A stretch of 64,000 nucleotides of DNA from Myxococcota bacterium (GCA_965223705.1 OZ245015.1:544001-608000), one strand, 5' to 3'; shown: positions 9,352 to 20,143, numbered from the stretch's first letter. The notes: generated by a model not told the origin, from the sequence alone. Numbers and translations: made by a program.

Positions 9352-10860
9352 GTGCTGAGCCTCGTCGAATTGCATCGCGCCGCCGGACTCGTATCAGGGC
9401 GAAATGGCGCGAGACTCGATCGCGTGGTCCAAGACGGGCCCGATCGGTTGGTTCTCGCGCTGTCCGGCGGCGGGGATCGGCCCGCCCGCGATCGACAGTT
9501 CCTGCGTCTATGCGTCTCCCAAGCCGGCGGCAGGATTTCCGAACGATCGGAGCTGCCGCGCGCACCCGAGCGGCCCCCCGCTTTCGCTCAGTACCTGAAA
9601 GCACACTTTCAAGGCCACCGGTTGCGACAGGTCGACACCGAGCCCGACGATCGAATTGCCCGTTTCGTCTTTCAACACGCCGAAGGCGACGCAACCCTGC
9701 TTCTCCAGTTGCTCGGCCCCCGAAGCAATCTCTACGCGCTGACCCCGGACGGGCGGATCGGCGCGACACTGCGCCCACTGCGCGAGACGCGTCGCGAACT
9801 GGCTCTGGGCGAGCCCTGGCGTCGCAGCGAAGGTCGCGTGCCGCGCGCGGGCGAAGACCGTTTCGCGGAGTCTCCGGACGAGACGTTCCTCGCGGATATC
9901 GAGGCTCACTACGGAGAGCGCGAGCGTGAGGCCGGCGAAGACGAGCTGACGCAGCGCCTTCTCAAGACGCTGCGCAAGCAGCGCGCTGGCATCGATCGCA
10001 AGCTCCGGAAGCTCGAGAAAGAAGCGTCCGCCGCTTCCGAGGGTGAGTCCTTCCGCCGGATGGGGGAAGCCTTGAAGGGTGTCCTGGCCGACGTGGCGCC
10101 CGGTGATACGGAGGTCGTGGCGACGGATTTTTCGACGGGGGAGCCGCTGACGATCCCCCTCGACCCGAAGAAGAATGCGGCCGAGAATCTCGCCGACTAC
10201 TTCAAGCGACACAAGAAAGCGGAACGCACCTTGCGACGCGCGGAGCAGGAGCTCGGGGCGACGCGCGCCCGGCTGGAGGAGCAGGAGCGACTCGAGCGTG
10301 AGCTCGAAGATCTGCGCGAGGCCGGGGATGCCGAAGGGATCGGAGCGTTTTCCGAGCGCCCCGAGATCGCGCGCTCTCTGTCGCGCTTTTTCCCGGACCC
10401 GACTCCGGGGCACGCGGAGAAACCTAAAAAGGTGTTTCGCGTCGGCAAGCGCGAGCTCCCGACCCGTCTGGTTCCGAAGCGCTACGTGTCGGGCACCGGT
10501 CACGAGATCTGGGTCGGTAAGAACGACGAAGGCAACGACACGCTCACGATGAAGCTCGCCCGGGGAAACGATCTCTTCTTTCACCTCGAGGCTTCGCCGG
10601 GGAGCCACGTCATTCTTCGCGTCGAGGGCTCGGAAGAACCGCCCCAAGAGGCTTTGCTCGACGCGTCGGAGTTGGCGGTCCACTTCTCGAAAGGGCGCGC
10701 GGCGGGCCGCGCGAGCGTGCATATCGCACGCTGTAAGGACATTTCGAAGCCGCGTGGCGCGAAGCCCGGCCTCGTCTATGTCCACCGCGGCCGTACGCTC
10801 CATCTTCGACGGGACGAGGAACGGTTGCGTCGCGTCCTCGATTCCCGAATCGAGGATTGA
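9352..10860 (+). CDS. NFACT family (FbpA/RqcH-like) protein with C-terminal NFACT-R domain
   Basis: IPLDPKKNAAENLADYFKRHKK, coiled coil, IWVGKNDEGNDTLT, FFHLEASPGSHVIL, SKPRGAKPGLV. Confidence 0.88.
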   Translation: MLSLVELHRAAGLVSGRNGARLDRVVQDGPDRLVLALSGGGDRPARDRQFLRLCVSQAGGRISERSELPRAPERPPAFAQYLKAHFQGHRLRQVDTEPDDRIARFVFQHAEGDATLLLQLLGPRSNLYALTPDGRIGATLRPLRETRRELALGEPWRRSEGRVPRAGEDRFAESPDETFLADIEAHYGEREREAGEDELTQRLLKTLRKQRAGIDRKLRKLEKEASAASEGESFRRMGEALKGVLADVAPGDTEVVATDFSTGEPLTIPLDPKKNAAENLADYFKRHKKAERTLRRAEQELGATRARLEEQERLERELEDLREAGDAEGIGAFSERPEIARSLSRFFPDPTPGHAEKPKKVFRVGKRELPTRLVPKRYVSGTGHEIWVGKNDEGNDTLTMKLARGNDLFFHLEASPGSHVILRVEGSEEPPQEALLDASELAVHFSKGRAAGRASVHIARCKDISKPRGAKPGLVYVHRGRTLHLRRDEERLRRVLDSRIED

Positions 10861-11991
10861 CTAGAACTCCCGTCCCTCTCCGATATCGAAAATCCAAATC
10901 CCGTCGGGCTCGCGCCCCGCGCTCTCCATGGCTTTGCGAAAGCGCGTCGGCGGCTCGTCGAGGGGTTCGTCTGTGAGGTCGAAGGTTCCGTAGTGAATCG
11001 CCAGGACCCGGCGACTTCCGAGCAGTGAAGCCGCGCGGGTGGTCTCCTCGGGGTTCATGTGAAACGTCTTCATCATGGCGCTGGGTTCATACGCACCGAT
11101 CGGAAGCGCGGCGAGATCGAACGGACCGACGGTCTTTCCGATGAGTTCGAACTCGGGGAAGAAACCCGAATCTCCGCCGAAGAAGAAGCGCTTCGTCGAG
11201 CCACGGACGGCCCAAGAGGACCACAAACCGCGACGCGCATCGAACAACCCCCGGCGGCTCCAGTGTTGTACCGGGAGGCAAATGATCTCGAGTCCACGCT
11301 TCACCACCGTCTCGCCCCAATCGAGTTGGATGAGTTCCGCGACGTCGACGGACTCGAGAACTTCGCGATGGCCGAGGGGCGTGATCAATACGAGCGCTGG
11401 ATTTCGCTCTGCGAGCTCGCGAAGGGTCGGAAGGTCGAGATGGTCGTAGTGGTTGTGAGAGATCAACACCACGTCGATAGCCGGCAACACATCGAGCGGG
11501 ACGGCGGGCGGCGCGAGGCGCCTGGCTCCGATACGTCCGCCCGGGCCCGCCGCATCCGACCAGATCGGGTCGGTCAGAACCGTGCGCCCGTCGAGCCGGG
11601 CGAGCACCGTCGCATGACCGATCCAATACGCGAAGTCGTCGGGCCCCTGGGTCAGTCGGAGGAGTTGTTCGGCGGACTGCGAAGCGACCCTCGCGGCCCC
11701 GGTTCGCGTTCGGAAGGACCCCAGGGCTCGTCGCCAGAAGAAGGGAAGGCGAACCCCGAGACCAGCGCGGGGCGACGCGTCCTGAAGGTTCAGGAAGCGC
11801 CCTGCATCGTCGCGCGGGGCTCGGGGGATTTCTGGAATCCGCTCACCGAAAGCGGCGTTCGGGGAAACCATCACGAGCAATAGGGCGAGACATGCAGCGA
11901 TGGGGAGGGGTTTCCCCCGGTTGTTCGCTTCTCCTTCAAGTCTCGGCGGAGTGTTCCGATGACACTTCACAGATGAATCTGAGTTTCGCAT
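10861..11991 (-). CDS. MBL-fold metallo-hydrolase (NAPE-PLD-like); start codon uncertain, probably downstream
   Basis: WIGHATVL, LTDPIWS, ISHNHYDHLD, QHWSRRG, GDSG, LPIGAYEP, HMNPEE, IHYGTFDL. Confidence 0.88.
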   Translation of the reverse strand: MRNSDSSVKCHRNTPPRLEGEANNRGKPLPIAACLALLLVMVSPNAAFGERIPEIPRAPRDDAGRFLNLQDASPRAGLGVRLPFFWRRALGSFRTRTGAARVASQSAEQLLRLTQGPDDFAYWIGHATVLARLDGRTVLTDPIWSDAAGPGGRIGARRLAPPAVPLDVLPAIDVVLISHNHYDHLDLPTLRELAERNPALVLITPLGHREVLESVDVAELIQLDWGETVVKRGLEIICLPVQHWSRRGLFDARRGLWSSWAVRGSTKRFFFGGDSGFFPEFELIGKTVGPFDLAALPIGAYEPSAMMKTFHMNPEETTRAASLLGSRRVLAIHYGTFDLTDEPLDEPPTRFRKAMESAGREPDGIWIFDIGEGREF

Positions 11992-12742
11992 GACGGAAGC
12001 CTACGCCGGCAAGGGGGGGATGCGCCCCCGCATCTTCGTATTTCGAGACACACACTTGTTTCGATTGAAGCTCTCCCACTTGCTCGAGGGCTCTGGGTTC
12101 GAGGTCCTGCGTTGTTCGCCGTCGGCAGATATCGAGGAAGCGCTCGCGAATCTCCGCGGCGAGCTCGACCTGCTCATCATGCCCGTCGACCCCTCCGATC
12201 CCGCGACGTTCCGAGCCCTCGAGGTGACGAGCCGACACGAGCTCACCCATCGCGTGCCGGTCCTCGGGCTGACGACGCTCTCTCGAGAGGGGCTCGACAT
12301 CAAGAAGCTCCGGATCCTCCGGGTGATCGGTTTGATCGACAAACGGTGGATTCCCGAACAAATCGTCGCGCGGGTCCATCAGGCGGTGAGTCCGCATCAC
12401 AACCAGCGTCGCCACACGCGCGCAGCCGTCTTCATGCCTGTGGACGTCCGCACGCCGGATTTCCGGAGTACCGAGTACGCCCTCGACCTCTCCGTCGGTG
12501 GAATGCGCTTGACGTGCTCACAGCAGCTACCGACGAACACGGACCTATCGCTTTGTTTCGAACTCGAGGGTGAGCAGAAGACCTGGGTGGAAGCATCCGC
12601 CCGCGTGATGCACTGCGGGCGTTCGCGGAGCGGATCGGTTCCGTACGAGATCGGCGTCTTCTTCTACCCCCTTCCCGGGGACCTCGCGCAAAGTATCGAG
12701 GACTACGTCGCGAGGCTCATCGAAGTCCAGGGCGATTTCTGA
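11990..12742 (+). CDS. Receiver-like domain + PilZ domain protein
   Basis: N-terminal REC-like pattern; C-terminal QRRHTR (RxxxR) and DLSVGG (DxSxxG). Confidence 0.8.
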   Translation: MTEAYAGKGGMRPRIFVFRDTHLFRLKLSHLLEGSGFEVLRCSPSADIEEALANLRGELDLLIMPVDPSDPATFRALEVTSRHELTHRVPVLGLTTLSREGLDIKKLRILRVIGLIDKRWIPEQIVARVHQAVSPHHNQRRHTRAAVFMPVDVRTPDFRSTEYALDLSVGGMRLTCSQQLPTNTDLSLCFELEGEQKTWVEASARVMHCGRSRSGSVPYEIGVFFYPLPGDLAQSIEDYVARLIEVQGDF

Positions 12743-12799
12743 CTCCGCATTTGTCGATCACCGGAGTGCGTGCTAGCTCCCGCCTGGTAGGAGGGCGCA

Positions 12800-13921
12800 T
12801 TGCTGCACTCAAAGATCTGCGAAATGTTCGGCATCGAAGTCCCGATCGTGTTGGCGGGGATGGGAGAGGCGAGCACGCCGGCCCTGGCCGCGGCCGTCTC
12901 CGAAGCGGGCGGGCTCGGTGTATTGGGCGCCGCAGCGTGTGGCCCCGCGAAACTCCGCCGCTGGATTCACGAAGTTCGATCGCTCACGGATCGTCCGTTC
13001 GGCGTCGATACCCTGCTTCCCGCTTCGGTTCGTCGCGAGCCCGGCGGTAACGCGACCGCCTCCCGAGTCGATCTCGAAGCGCACCGCGCGTTCTCCGCCG
13101 AGTTCATGAAGCGCGAATCCCTCGAACCGAACGTTCCATCGGGAGACGCCCTCGAACGAGCCGAGCGTCGCGGCGAGCCGCGCCTCTTTACCCGCGAGTT
13201 CTTCGAAGCGCAGATGGAAGTCGTCATCGAAGAAGAGGTGCCCGTGTACGCGGCGGGGCTCGGCGACCCCGGGCCCTACGTCGAAAGGCTTCACGCCGCG
13301 GGGACGAAGGTCCTCTCGGTCGTCGGCGCCGTGCGGCATGCGCGCAAAGTGGCTTCGTCCGGGGTCGATGCGGTCGTCGCGCAAGGTCACGACGGCGGCG
13401 GTCACAATGCATCGGTGGGGACACTCGCCCTGATCCCCCAAGTGCGCGACGCCCTCGGCGACTTGCCCCTCCTCGCGGCTGGAGGGATCACCGACGGGCG
13501 GGGCGTCGCCGCTGCACTCATGCTCGGCGCTGCCGGTGCGTGGGTCGGCACCGCGTTCCTCGCGACGGACGAAGCGGGGCTTCCGCCGTACAAGAAAAAA
13601 GCGCTCGTCGAAGCCGGTGACCAGAGCACGGTCGTTTCGCGGTCGGTTACAGGCAAGCCCGCCAGGCTCCTTCGCACGCGTTGGACGGATGCCTGGGAGG
13701 AAGCTTCCATCAAACCTCTTCCCATGCCGTACCAGAGCGTGATCGCCGGCCCGGTCCTCGCTTCCGGAGAAGCGGCGGAGCGCCCCGACATCGATGCCGG
13801 ATTTGCCGGACAAGGGCTTGGGTTGGTCCACGCGGTGCGGCCCGCGGCCGAGGTCCTTCGAGAGATCGTCGCGCAAGCCGAAGACGCGCTGCGAAGCGGC
13901 GAGCGCTTCTTGCGCGCCTAG
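12800..13921 (+). CDS. Nitronate monooxygenase / FabK-like flavin oxidoreductase
   Basis: PIVLAGMG, AAVSEAGGLGVL, QGHDGGGH, AAGGITDGRGVAAALMLGA, GTAFLATDE. Confidence 0.9.
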   Translation: MLHSKICEMFGIEVPIVLAGMGEASTPALAAAVSEAGGLGVLGAAACGPAKLRRWIHEVRSLTDRPFGVDTLLPASVRREPGGNATASRVDLEAHRAFSAEFMKRESLEPNVPSGDALERAERRGEPRLFTREFFEAQMEVVIEEEVPVYAAGLGDPGPYVERLHAAGTKVLSVVGAVRHARKVASSGVDAVVAQGHDGGGHNASVGTLALIPQVRDALGDLPLLAAGGITDGRGVAAALMLGAAGAWVGTAFLATDEAGLPPYKKKALVEAGDQSTVVSRSVTGKPARLLRTRWTDAWEEASIKPLPMPYQSVIAGPVLASGEAAERPDIDAGFAGQGLGLVHAVRPAAEVLREIVAQAEDALRSGERFLRA

Positions 13922-14883
13922 GGATCCTCAGCGGCGAACTGTTTCGCGATTCTCCGAACCTCCGGATGAGCGATCAGCGCCAACGTATTCCCGTCCTTCA
14001 GGTAGCTTGCGATTTCAGGGTCCTCCGCGAGAGCGCGGATCTGCGGATCGTCGCGCAGCTTTTTCAGCCGCGGCGCGAGTCGTTCGAGGATCGGAACGAG
14101 CTCTTCGCGCATGGCACGCGGGTCTGCCGACCGTATTTCGTCGACGAATCCCAAGTTTGCAAATTCTCTCCGTACGTCTTCGTCATGGATCAGTCGTTGG
14201 AAGCTCAGTTGATTCGCGGCGCGATCGGCGGCGCCGTTCGCGACGAGCGTCCAGAAGAACGTGTCGGCTTGGAGCCCGCGCAGGCTGTCGTTCGAAGTGA
14301 GCGCCTGCAAGCTCACAAGACTTTCACTCGGGCGGCCGGCCACACGGGCTAGCACCCGGCCCGCCGGGAGATCACCGGAAGCCGCTTCCAGCGCATTTTC
14401 GACGAGGCCGCCGGCGATTCTCGCGGCGACGGAATCGTCGGTGAGTCCCGCCGAGGCGTCTGCGCTCCGCGCTTCGGGGCGCGTCTTCAAGGCGGCATCG
14501 ATCCAGTTGCCCAAGTACGACACGAGAAAGACCAGGAGCAGGCCGCGGACACCTCCAAAGAGGCCTCCCAGGAGACGATCGATCGACGGGCGAGACTCGT
14601 CTCCCAGCCGTTCGCGTTCTCGCCTCCGTAGGGCGCTTCCGAACGCCGAGAACAGGATGTAGGCCAGTAGGCCCGATGCCGCGCCCGCGATCGGGGCCGC
14701 GACCAAAACCGGAAGCTCGAGACGATCCGCGGCGCGTACGCCGAGAAAGTATGAACCGGCGAGGGCCGCACCGTAGGCGAGGAGAAGGCCCGCCAACGAG
14801 AGGCCACTGGCGAGACCGCCACGCCAGGCGCCCAGCGCGGCGAAAAGAGCCAAGATCGCGAAAGCGAGAAGATCGAGCGTCAC
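13918..14883 (-). CDS. CvpA-family membrane protein with C-terminal extension
   Basis: LDLLAFAIL..GAWRG start, 4 TM segments, IDRLLGGLFGGVRGLLL; GTG start at 14883. Confidence 0.75.
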   Translation of the reverse strand: MTLDLLAFAILALFAALGAWRGGLASGLSLAGLLLAYGAALAGSYFLGVRAADRLELPVLVAAPIAGAASGLLAYILFSAFGSALRRRERERLGDESRPSIDRLLGGLFGGVRGLLLVFLVSYLGNWIDAALKTRPEARSADASAGLTDDSVAARIAGGLVENALEAASGDLPAGRVLARVAGRPSESLVSLQALTSNDSLRGLQADTFFWTLVANGAADRAANQLSFQRLIHDEDVRREFANLGFVDEIRSADPRAMREELVPILERLAPRLKKLRDDPQIRALAEDPEIASYLKDGNTLALIAHPEVRRIAKQFAAEDP

Positions 14884-14931
14884 GCCCAACACTATCGGCT
14901 GGCCGGTGGGACTTCCTGACCGGCGCTCGCT

Positions 14932-16713
14932 TCAACCCACCCGGTGCGAACGCGGCGCTCGTAGGGCACCCGCGAGTGCCGCCGGACTACTCACGGTCGA
15001 GGCCCCCAGGCGCGACACAAAAGAGCGACGATCTGGTTCGGCCGTGCTTTCGAGTTCGAGCGCCACATCGCCGGGTCCAGCGAGGGCGCGAAGACGTTCT
15101 TCTTCCAGGGCGTCGGTCAGCATGACGACGTCGAGTACGGCAGGCTTGGGAAGATGGTTCGCGTAGGCGCGTTCCACCGCTGCGACAGCTTCTTCGTAAG
15201 GCCCGTCGAGTGCAGCGTCGTGGCGAAGAAAAAGTTGCACGTCGTCGTGTTCGACCAGGAGCGTTCCGTAGTCCCGGAGCAAGAGGTCGATTTCCGTGTC
15301 TCCCTGCCAGTGGGGCCATGCGAAGACGCGTATCGGTTCTCGTTCGAACTGCTCGCACAACGCGTCGATCGCTGCGCGGCGCCGCGGCTCGCGCAGGGGC
15401 TCGCCTGCTGCACTCGCCGCGCCGCGCTCGGCAAAGCGCGAGACGTCTTCTGCAGAGCCGAGAAGCGCCGCCGCTTCTGCCGCTAGGTACCACGCGTCGG
15501 GATCGTTGCGTTCGACGAAGGGTGTGAGCCTCTTCAGGGCGCGATCCGGGGAGTCGCAGACGATATCGAGCTCGGCTCGGAGGAGTTCGGAGATATCCGA
15601 AGCCTGTTCGAGTCGATCGAGAGCCTGACGCGCGGGAGCCGCATTGCCCCGTGCGAGCTCGACAGACGCCAAGCCGAGCCGCGAACGATCTCCCGTGGCG
15701 CCCGCGATCACCTCTGCCGTAAAGGGCTGGCCCGCTCTCTCGAGCGCCGCTCGGTAGGCTTTTGCCGCGCGTTGCCAATGATCCTTTCGAACCTCATCGC
15801 TCGTTTCTTGGGCGAGTACCCGACGCGCTTCCGCTTCGAGAAAGTCGAGGTTCGGGTGCGGATCTGCGAGCCGGCGTCCCTTCTCGACGAGCGCGAGCGC
15901 TTCCTCGGCGCGACCTTCGTGCAACCGATAACCCGCGAGCAGAGTCAGGGGCAGCACGGGGTCGTAGCGGCCGGGCTGTTCCTTCGCGATCGAAACGAGC
16001 GTGTCCCATGCGCGCAAAGCCTCGTCGGACGCGCGCCGCAAATCTCCGGCTCGCTCGTACTCCCGCGCCAGATGCGCCCGCATCAGCGGGTGGTTCGGCT
16101 CTTGTTCACACCGGCGTTCGAGAAGCTCGAGATTGCGGCGATCCTTGCCCAAGGCCTCCCTGACGGACGGGATGGCGCCGAGGTGGATGATGGGGGCGGT
16201 CAGGGTTCGTATGACACGGCCCGGTCGCATGGCCCACCGGTCGACGTTCTCGTGAACGGCCCCTTCCCACGCGAGGTCATCGGTCTTTCGGAAGAGTCGC
16301 GCGAGCAAAATGGGATCTCCTCGGCGAGCATCGCCCGAGAGGACGGAGGCGTCGTCGGCGTCGACAGTGGACGCGTTGTGTAGGGGCATCAGTCCGAGGT
16401 CGACTTTTTGTTTCTTGGTGACCCTGCGGAGGGTTCGACCCGCCCCCCGGGCGAGTCGTTCATCCGCGTCGAGCACCAACACGTAGTCCGCCCGCACCTC
16501 GGGCAGAGCCGCGTTGCGCGCCGCCGAGAAATCGTCATTCCACTCGTGCGTGACCACGAGCGCGCCGAATTCACGCGCGATGTCCGCCGTGCGGTCTCGA
16601 CTTCCGGTGTCGACGACGACGATCTGATCGACGGCGCTCTTTGCGGAACGCAGACAGGCACCGAGGTTCGCTTCCTCATCCCGGGCGATGATGCAGAGAC
16701 AAATCGTGCTCAT
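14932..16713 (-). CDS. GT2 glycosyltransferase with TPR-like helical region
   Basis: CIIARDEE, VVDTGSRD, WNDDFSAARNAAL, VLDADE, WEGAVHE, followed by an Ala-rich helical repeat region. Confidence 0.88.
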   Translation of the reverse strand: MSTICLCIIARDEEANLGACLRSAKSAVDQIVVVDTGSRDRTADIAREFGALVVTHEWNDDFSAARNAALPEVRADYVLVLDADERLARGAGRTLRRVTKKQKVDLGLMPLHNASTVDADDASVLSGDARRGDPILLARLFRKTDDLAWEGAVHENVDRWAMRPGRVIRTLTAPIIHLGAIPSVREALGKDRRNLELLERRCEQEPNHPLMRAHLAREYERAGDLRRASDEALRAWDTLVSIAKEQPGRYDPVLPLTLLAGYRLHEGRAEEALALVEKGRRLADPHPNLDFLEAEARRVLAQETSDEVRKDHWQRAAKAYRAALERAGQPFTAEVIAGATGDRSRLGLASVELARGNAAPARQALDRLEQASDISELLRAELDIVCDSPDRALKRLTPFVERNDPDAWYLAAEAAALLGSAEDVSRFAERGAASAAGEPLREPRRRAAIDALCEQFEREPIRVFAWPHWQGDTEIDLLLRDYGTLLVEHDDVQLFLRHDAALDGPYEEAVAAVERAYANHLPKPAVLDVVMLTDALEEERLRALAGPGDVALELESTAEPDRRSFVSRLGASTVSSPAALAGALRAPRSHRVG

Positions 16714-18569
16714 GCTGGTCCTCCCAGATGGCAGGGAATCGAGATCCGGAGCCCCTCCGACGTTGCTGGAGGGTTGGCGAACAGCGGCTGCAAGAAGCCG
16801 TAGTCGCCGTAGGGCGCACCGTCACGACCGCCCCATTTGTCGACAAAGCGATTCCAGTTCTCGCGCAGGAGCTTCTCGTGACGATGGGTCTTTTCGGGTG
16901 TGTAGATTCCGTGTCGAACGAAGACGTCGAGAGCGAGTCGGTTTCGGAATCCGGCGAGCGAAGCGCGCAAGGCAAAATCGTCGTCTTCGAAGCCCCAGGG
17001 CGAGAAACGCTCGTCGAAGCCTCCGATGGCGTCGATCACTTCGCGACGAACCATCACGCAGAAGGAAGTGAAGATTCTCTTGTATCGAGCCTGACCTCGG
17101 AAGTCTCGAGCTCGATCGGCCGCGAAGTGCCTCGTCGAAGCGAGGTCCTCGCCCGCGTCGTAGTCGATGCGCTGGCCGTGGGCCGCTCGATTCGAGACCG
17201 GACTCACGCAGCCGACCTTGGGGTCGGCCGACGCGTGCCACCGCATGAGGTCGAGCCAGCCCGGTGACACGAACGCGTCGTTGTCGAGGAACACGAGCCA
17301 ACGGCCCCGTGCGCGGGAGAGGGCCTGATTGCGCGCGGCGGGAGCGCCGATGTTCTCGAGATTGCAGATCAACTCGAGATCGGGTTGCTCGGCCAGGAAG
17401 GCGGTCGAGCCATCACGCGAACCATTGTCGACCCACACAATTTCGGTGGGATATCTGGGGTCTTCGGCGTGCCGAATGGCTTCGAGACATTTCTTCGTGT
17501 CGTCCAGTCCGTCACTCGACACCACGACGATCGAGGTCAGTTCGCCTTCGCGGGGCCCCGCACAGATTCGCTTTTCGGGATCCTCGCCGTGCTCCATCGC
17601 CACGGCCTCGCGCAGGATGTGATGCGTCGAGATCTGGCGGACGACAGGGGTCAATTGTTGGCGTAGCTCGTCGGGAAGGGGCTTCCCGTGTTGTTCTCGT
17701 TCGAGGCGCTCGATGGTTTGCAACCCCCGCGCCGCCACCTCGCGGAACGCCTCGAAATGGAGCTGACGGGCTTCGGCTTTGACGTTGTCGAGTTCCCCGA
17801 GTTGGCTGACGAACGGAATCACATCTCCGTGCTTCTCTCGGAACAAAACCATGTTTCGCGCCCACGATCGCTGTCGGCGGAAGTATCCCTCCGGCGTCAG
17901 CACGTGATCGTGGTGGCACACCGCATCTTCTCGGTAGAGCACCGAGTAACCCTGTTGTTGGAGCCGGTAGCCCAACTCGACGTCCTCGACGATCGCCTCC
18001 TTGAAGCGCACAGCGTCAAACCCTCCGACGTCGCGGATCGCCTCGACCGGTAAGCTCAAGTTGCAGGTCCAAAAAAAGGTCCAGTCGTGATGCTCTCCGT
18101 GACGGAGGGCGGGGAAGTTGAACAAGAGATCCGAGGCATCCAGAATTTGGACGAAAGGACTGGCACAGGCCTCGGCCGTGAAGTGGAAGCTTCCGAGAAC
18201 GGCCGTGTGATCCGGGGCTTCGTCGTGTGCCGCCAGATGCGTCGCAATCAACGCCCGGTCGGGGACCGCATCGTCGTTGAGGATGAGGACCAAGTGCGCG
18301 CGGCATGCCTCGAGCCCGCAGTTCCGCGCTGCTGCGGGACCGGCGTTGTCTTGGCGGATGACGCGGAGATCGAACGGGAAGCGGTTCTCGTCGAACGTCA
18401 CCGGTTCCGGGCTGCCGTCGTCGACGACAATCACCTCGAACCGGCCGGGTTCGCAGGTCTGTGCGGTGAGCCTGGTGAGTAGCGTCTCGATCGCTTCCGA
18501 CCGGTTGTAGGTCGGAACCAATACAGAAATTTCGGGCATGGATTCTTGCATGGGCTCAATCTCGCGCAT
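16710..18569 (-). CDS. Tandem double-domain GT2 glycosyltransferase
   Basis: Domain 1 SVLVPTYNR, VVDDGS, GPAAARN, EDVELGYRL; domain 2 VDNGSRDGS, FLDND, GGFDERFSPWGFEDDDF. ATG overlaps the upstream stop (TGATG). Confidence 0.9.
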   Translation of the reverse strand: MREIEPMQESMPEISVLVPTYNRSEAIETLLTRLTAQTCEPGRFEVIVVDDGSPEPVTFDENRFPFDLRVIRQDNAGPAAARNCGLEACRAHLVLILNDDAVPDRALIATHLAAHDEAPDHTAVLGSFHFTAEACASPFVQILDASDLLFNFPALRHGEHHDWTFFWTCNLSLPVEAIRDVGGFDAVRFKEAIVEDVELGYRLQQQGYSVLYREDAVCHHDHVLTPEGYFRRQRSWARNMVLFREKHGDVIPFVSQLGELDNVKAEARQLHFEAFREVAARGLQTIERLEREQHGKPLPDELRQQLTPVVRQISTHHILREAVAMEHGEDPEKRICAGPREGELTSIVVVSSDGLDDTKKCLEAIRHAEDPRYPTEIVWVDNGSRDGSTAFLAEQPDLELICNLENIGAPAARNQALSRARGRWLVFLDNDAFVSPGWLDLMRWHASADPKVGCVSPVSNRAAHGQRIDYDAGEDLASTRHFAADRARDFRGQARYKRIFTSFCVMVRREVIDAIGGFDERFSPWGFEDDDFALRASLAGFRNRLALDVFVRHGIYTPEKTHRHEKLLRENWNRFVDKWGGRDGAPYGDYGFLQPLFANPPATSEGLRISIPCHLGGPA

Positions 18570-20143
18570 CACACACCGCCGAACCAATCGGCGAAGAACG
18601 CATCCTCTTCGGAAGTCGTACGCGCTTGCTCAGCAGGGGTCGGCGGAGCGACCAGAGGCCTTTCGCCGAGAAGGATCTCGCACAACGCGTCGAGTTCCGG
18701 ATCGCAACCGGGAGCGAGTGCGTCGGTGTGGTCGTACGTGAGGGTCCCCGCATGGCGCGGCTCTTCCTTCACCCACGGAAACGGCCGACCGAGTTCTCGG
18801 TAGTAGCGAAACGCGAACCGAAACGCGTGGCGCGCCGTTTCTCTCGCAGGCGGACGCGCGAGGTTGGCCGCAGCCACCGCGGCGTATTGGGTCGCGTCGT
18901 CGAGGGACGTTACAAACGGGCAATGCCCGAACCATCCTCGGGCGACGGTCACAACGGGCTGACCGCTTGCGGCCATCTCGAGGCCCAAGGTCGACGAAAA
19001 CACGACGCCCAGCGCCGCGAGATCGGCGAGCGTATAGGAGCTGACCTCTTCGTCGGGGTCTACGATACGGACGTTGTCCGGCGCATCGCGGCGGAGACGC
19101 TCGGCCAGTTCGAGGGTCTGCCGATTTGTTCCTTCTTTGGTCAAATTCGGATGCAGCCGGACGACGATTTGAGCGTGCGGCAACGTCGCGCCCAGGCGCA
19201 CCGTCTCCTCGAACCAGTGCAGAGAATCCCGGAAAGCACCGGCGTTGCGTTCATCGAACGCGGCACACTCATCGTCCGAGCTCGTGAACGCCACGACCAC
19301 GGGGCGGTCGTCGAGAGCGAGTTTTGATCTCACATCGGCTTCGGGCTCCGGCAACGGGCTGTAGCGCAGGTACGGGATGCCGCGACCGAATCGGCGGTCG
19401 TCGAGGAGCGCTTCCGTCCAGAGGAGCTCGTTGCGACTGAGCGGCACGTCGCCCCACAGCGACGAGATCTCTTCAAACAGGGAAAGATCGTGGACACGAC
19501 TATTCTCTGCGAAGCGCAGGGTGCCGGCGCGCATGCCGCGCTCGTGCGTCACGACCCGGATGCCCCGCGCGAGGGCGAGCTCGATGGCCGCCCAATGGGA
19601 GAAGAAGCGGCCGTTCAGCAGGACGAGAAGCTCCGGGCAAAAGCGGTCGAACGCGTTCTCGAGTCCGTTGATCGCAAGCGCGCACCCGGCGAGGTGATCC
19701 CTTGCGCCGGCAGCCAAGGTCTTGTCGGTCAGGTCGATGCGAGACGCCCGGTAGTGAAAGTGCACCGACGACCGAATCCAGTTTCCGACGGGATACCCGC
19801 GATAGTGGGCGTCGAGGAGCTCTCCGTCCTCGAGGCTGTCGACCCAAGACTCGATTTCACGCTCGATTCCCGGAGTGACGTGGCGCCCGAGCCATTCGTA
19901 GTGAGTCGCCATACCGTCGTACAAAGAGGCTGTGGTTTTCTGGCACGACAGACATGAAAGGGGGGTGCGTGGAGACGTCGCCTCGCGAAACACATCGCAG
20001 GTCGGGAAGAGCCCGTCACATGCCACGAAGCGTACATCGACGCCCCGAGCTGCCAACGCGTGCGCCATCGTCGTTTCGCACGCGCCGTGGTAGTGCCACT
20101 GGCCGTACGGGGAGAAGAACAGCGCGCGGGAGATGTCAGACAT
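18569..20143 (-). CDS. Capsule polysaccharide biosynthesis/modification-type protein (KpsS/Capsule_synth-like)
   Basis: VTHERG, VVRLHPN, VSSYTL, SSTLGLEMAASGQPVV; N-terminal Cys cluster. Confidence 0.65.
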   Translation of the reverse strand: MSDISRALFFSPYGQWHYHGACETTMAHALAARGVDVRFVACDGLFPTCDVFREATSPRTPLSCLSCQKTTASLYDGMATHYEWLGRHVTPGIEREIESWVDSLEDGELLDAHYRGYPVGNWIRSSVHFHYRASRIDLTDKTLAAGARDHLAGCALAINGLENAFDRFCPELLVLLNGRFFSHWAAIELALARGIRVVTHERGMRAGTLRFAENSRVHDLSLFEEISSLWGDVPLSRNELLWTEALLDDRRFGRGIPYLRYSPLPEPEADVRSKLALDDRPVVVAFTSSDDECAAFDERNAGAFRDSLHWFEETVRLGATLPHAQIVVRLHPNLTKEGTNRQTLELAERLRRDAPDNVRIVDPDEEVSSYTLADLAALGVVFSSTLGLEMAASGQPVVTVARGWFGHCPFVTSLDDATQYAAVAAANLARPPARETARHAFRFAFRYYRELGRPFPWVKEEPRHAGTLTYDHTDALAPGCDPELDALCEILLGERPLVAPPTPAEQARTTSEEDAFFADWFGGV

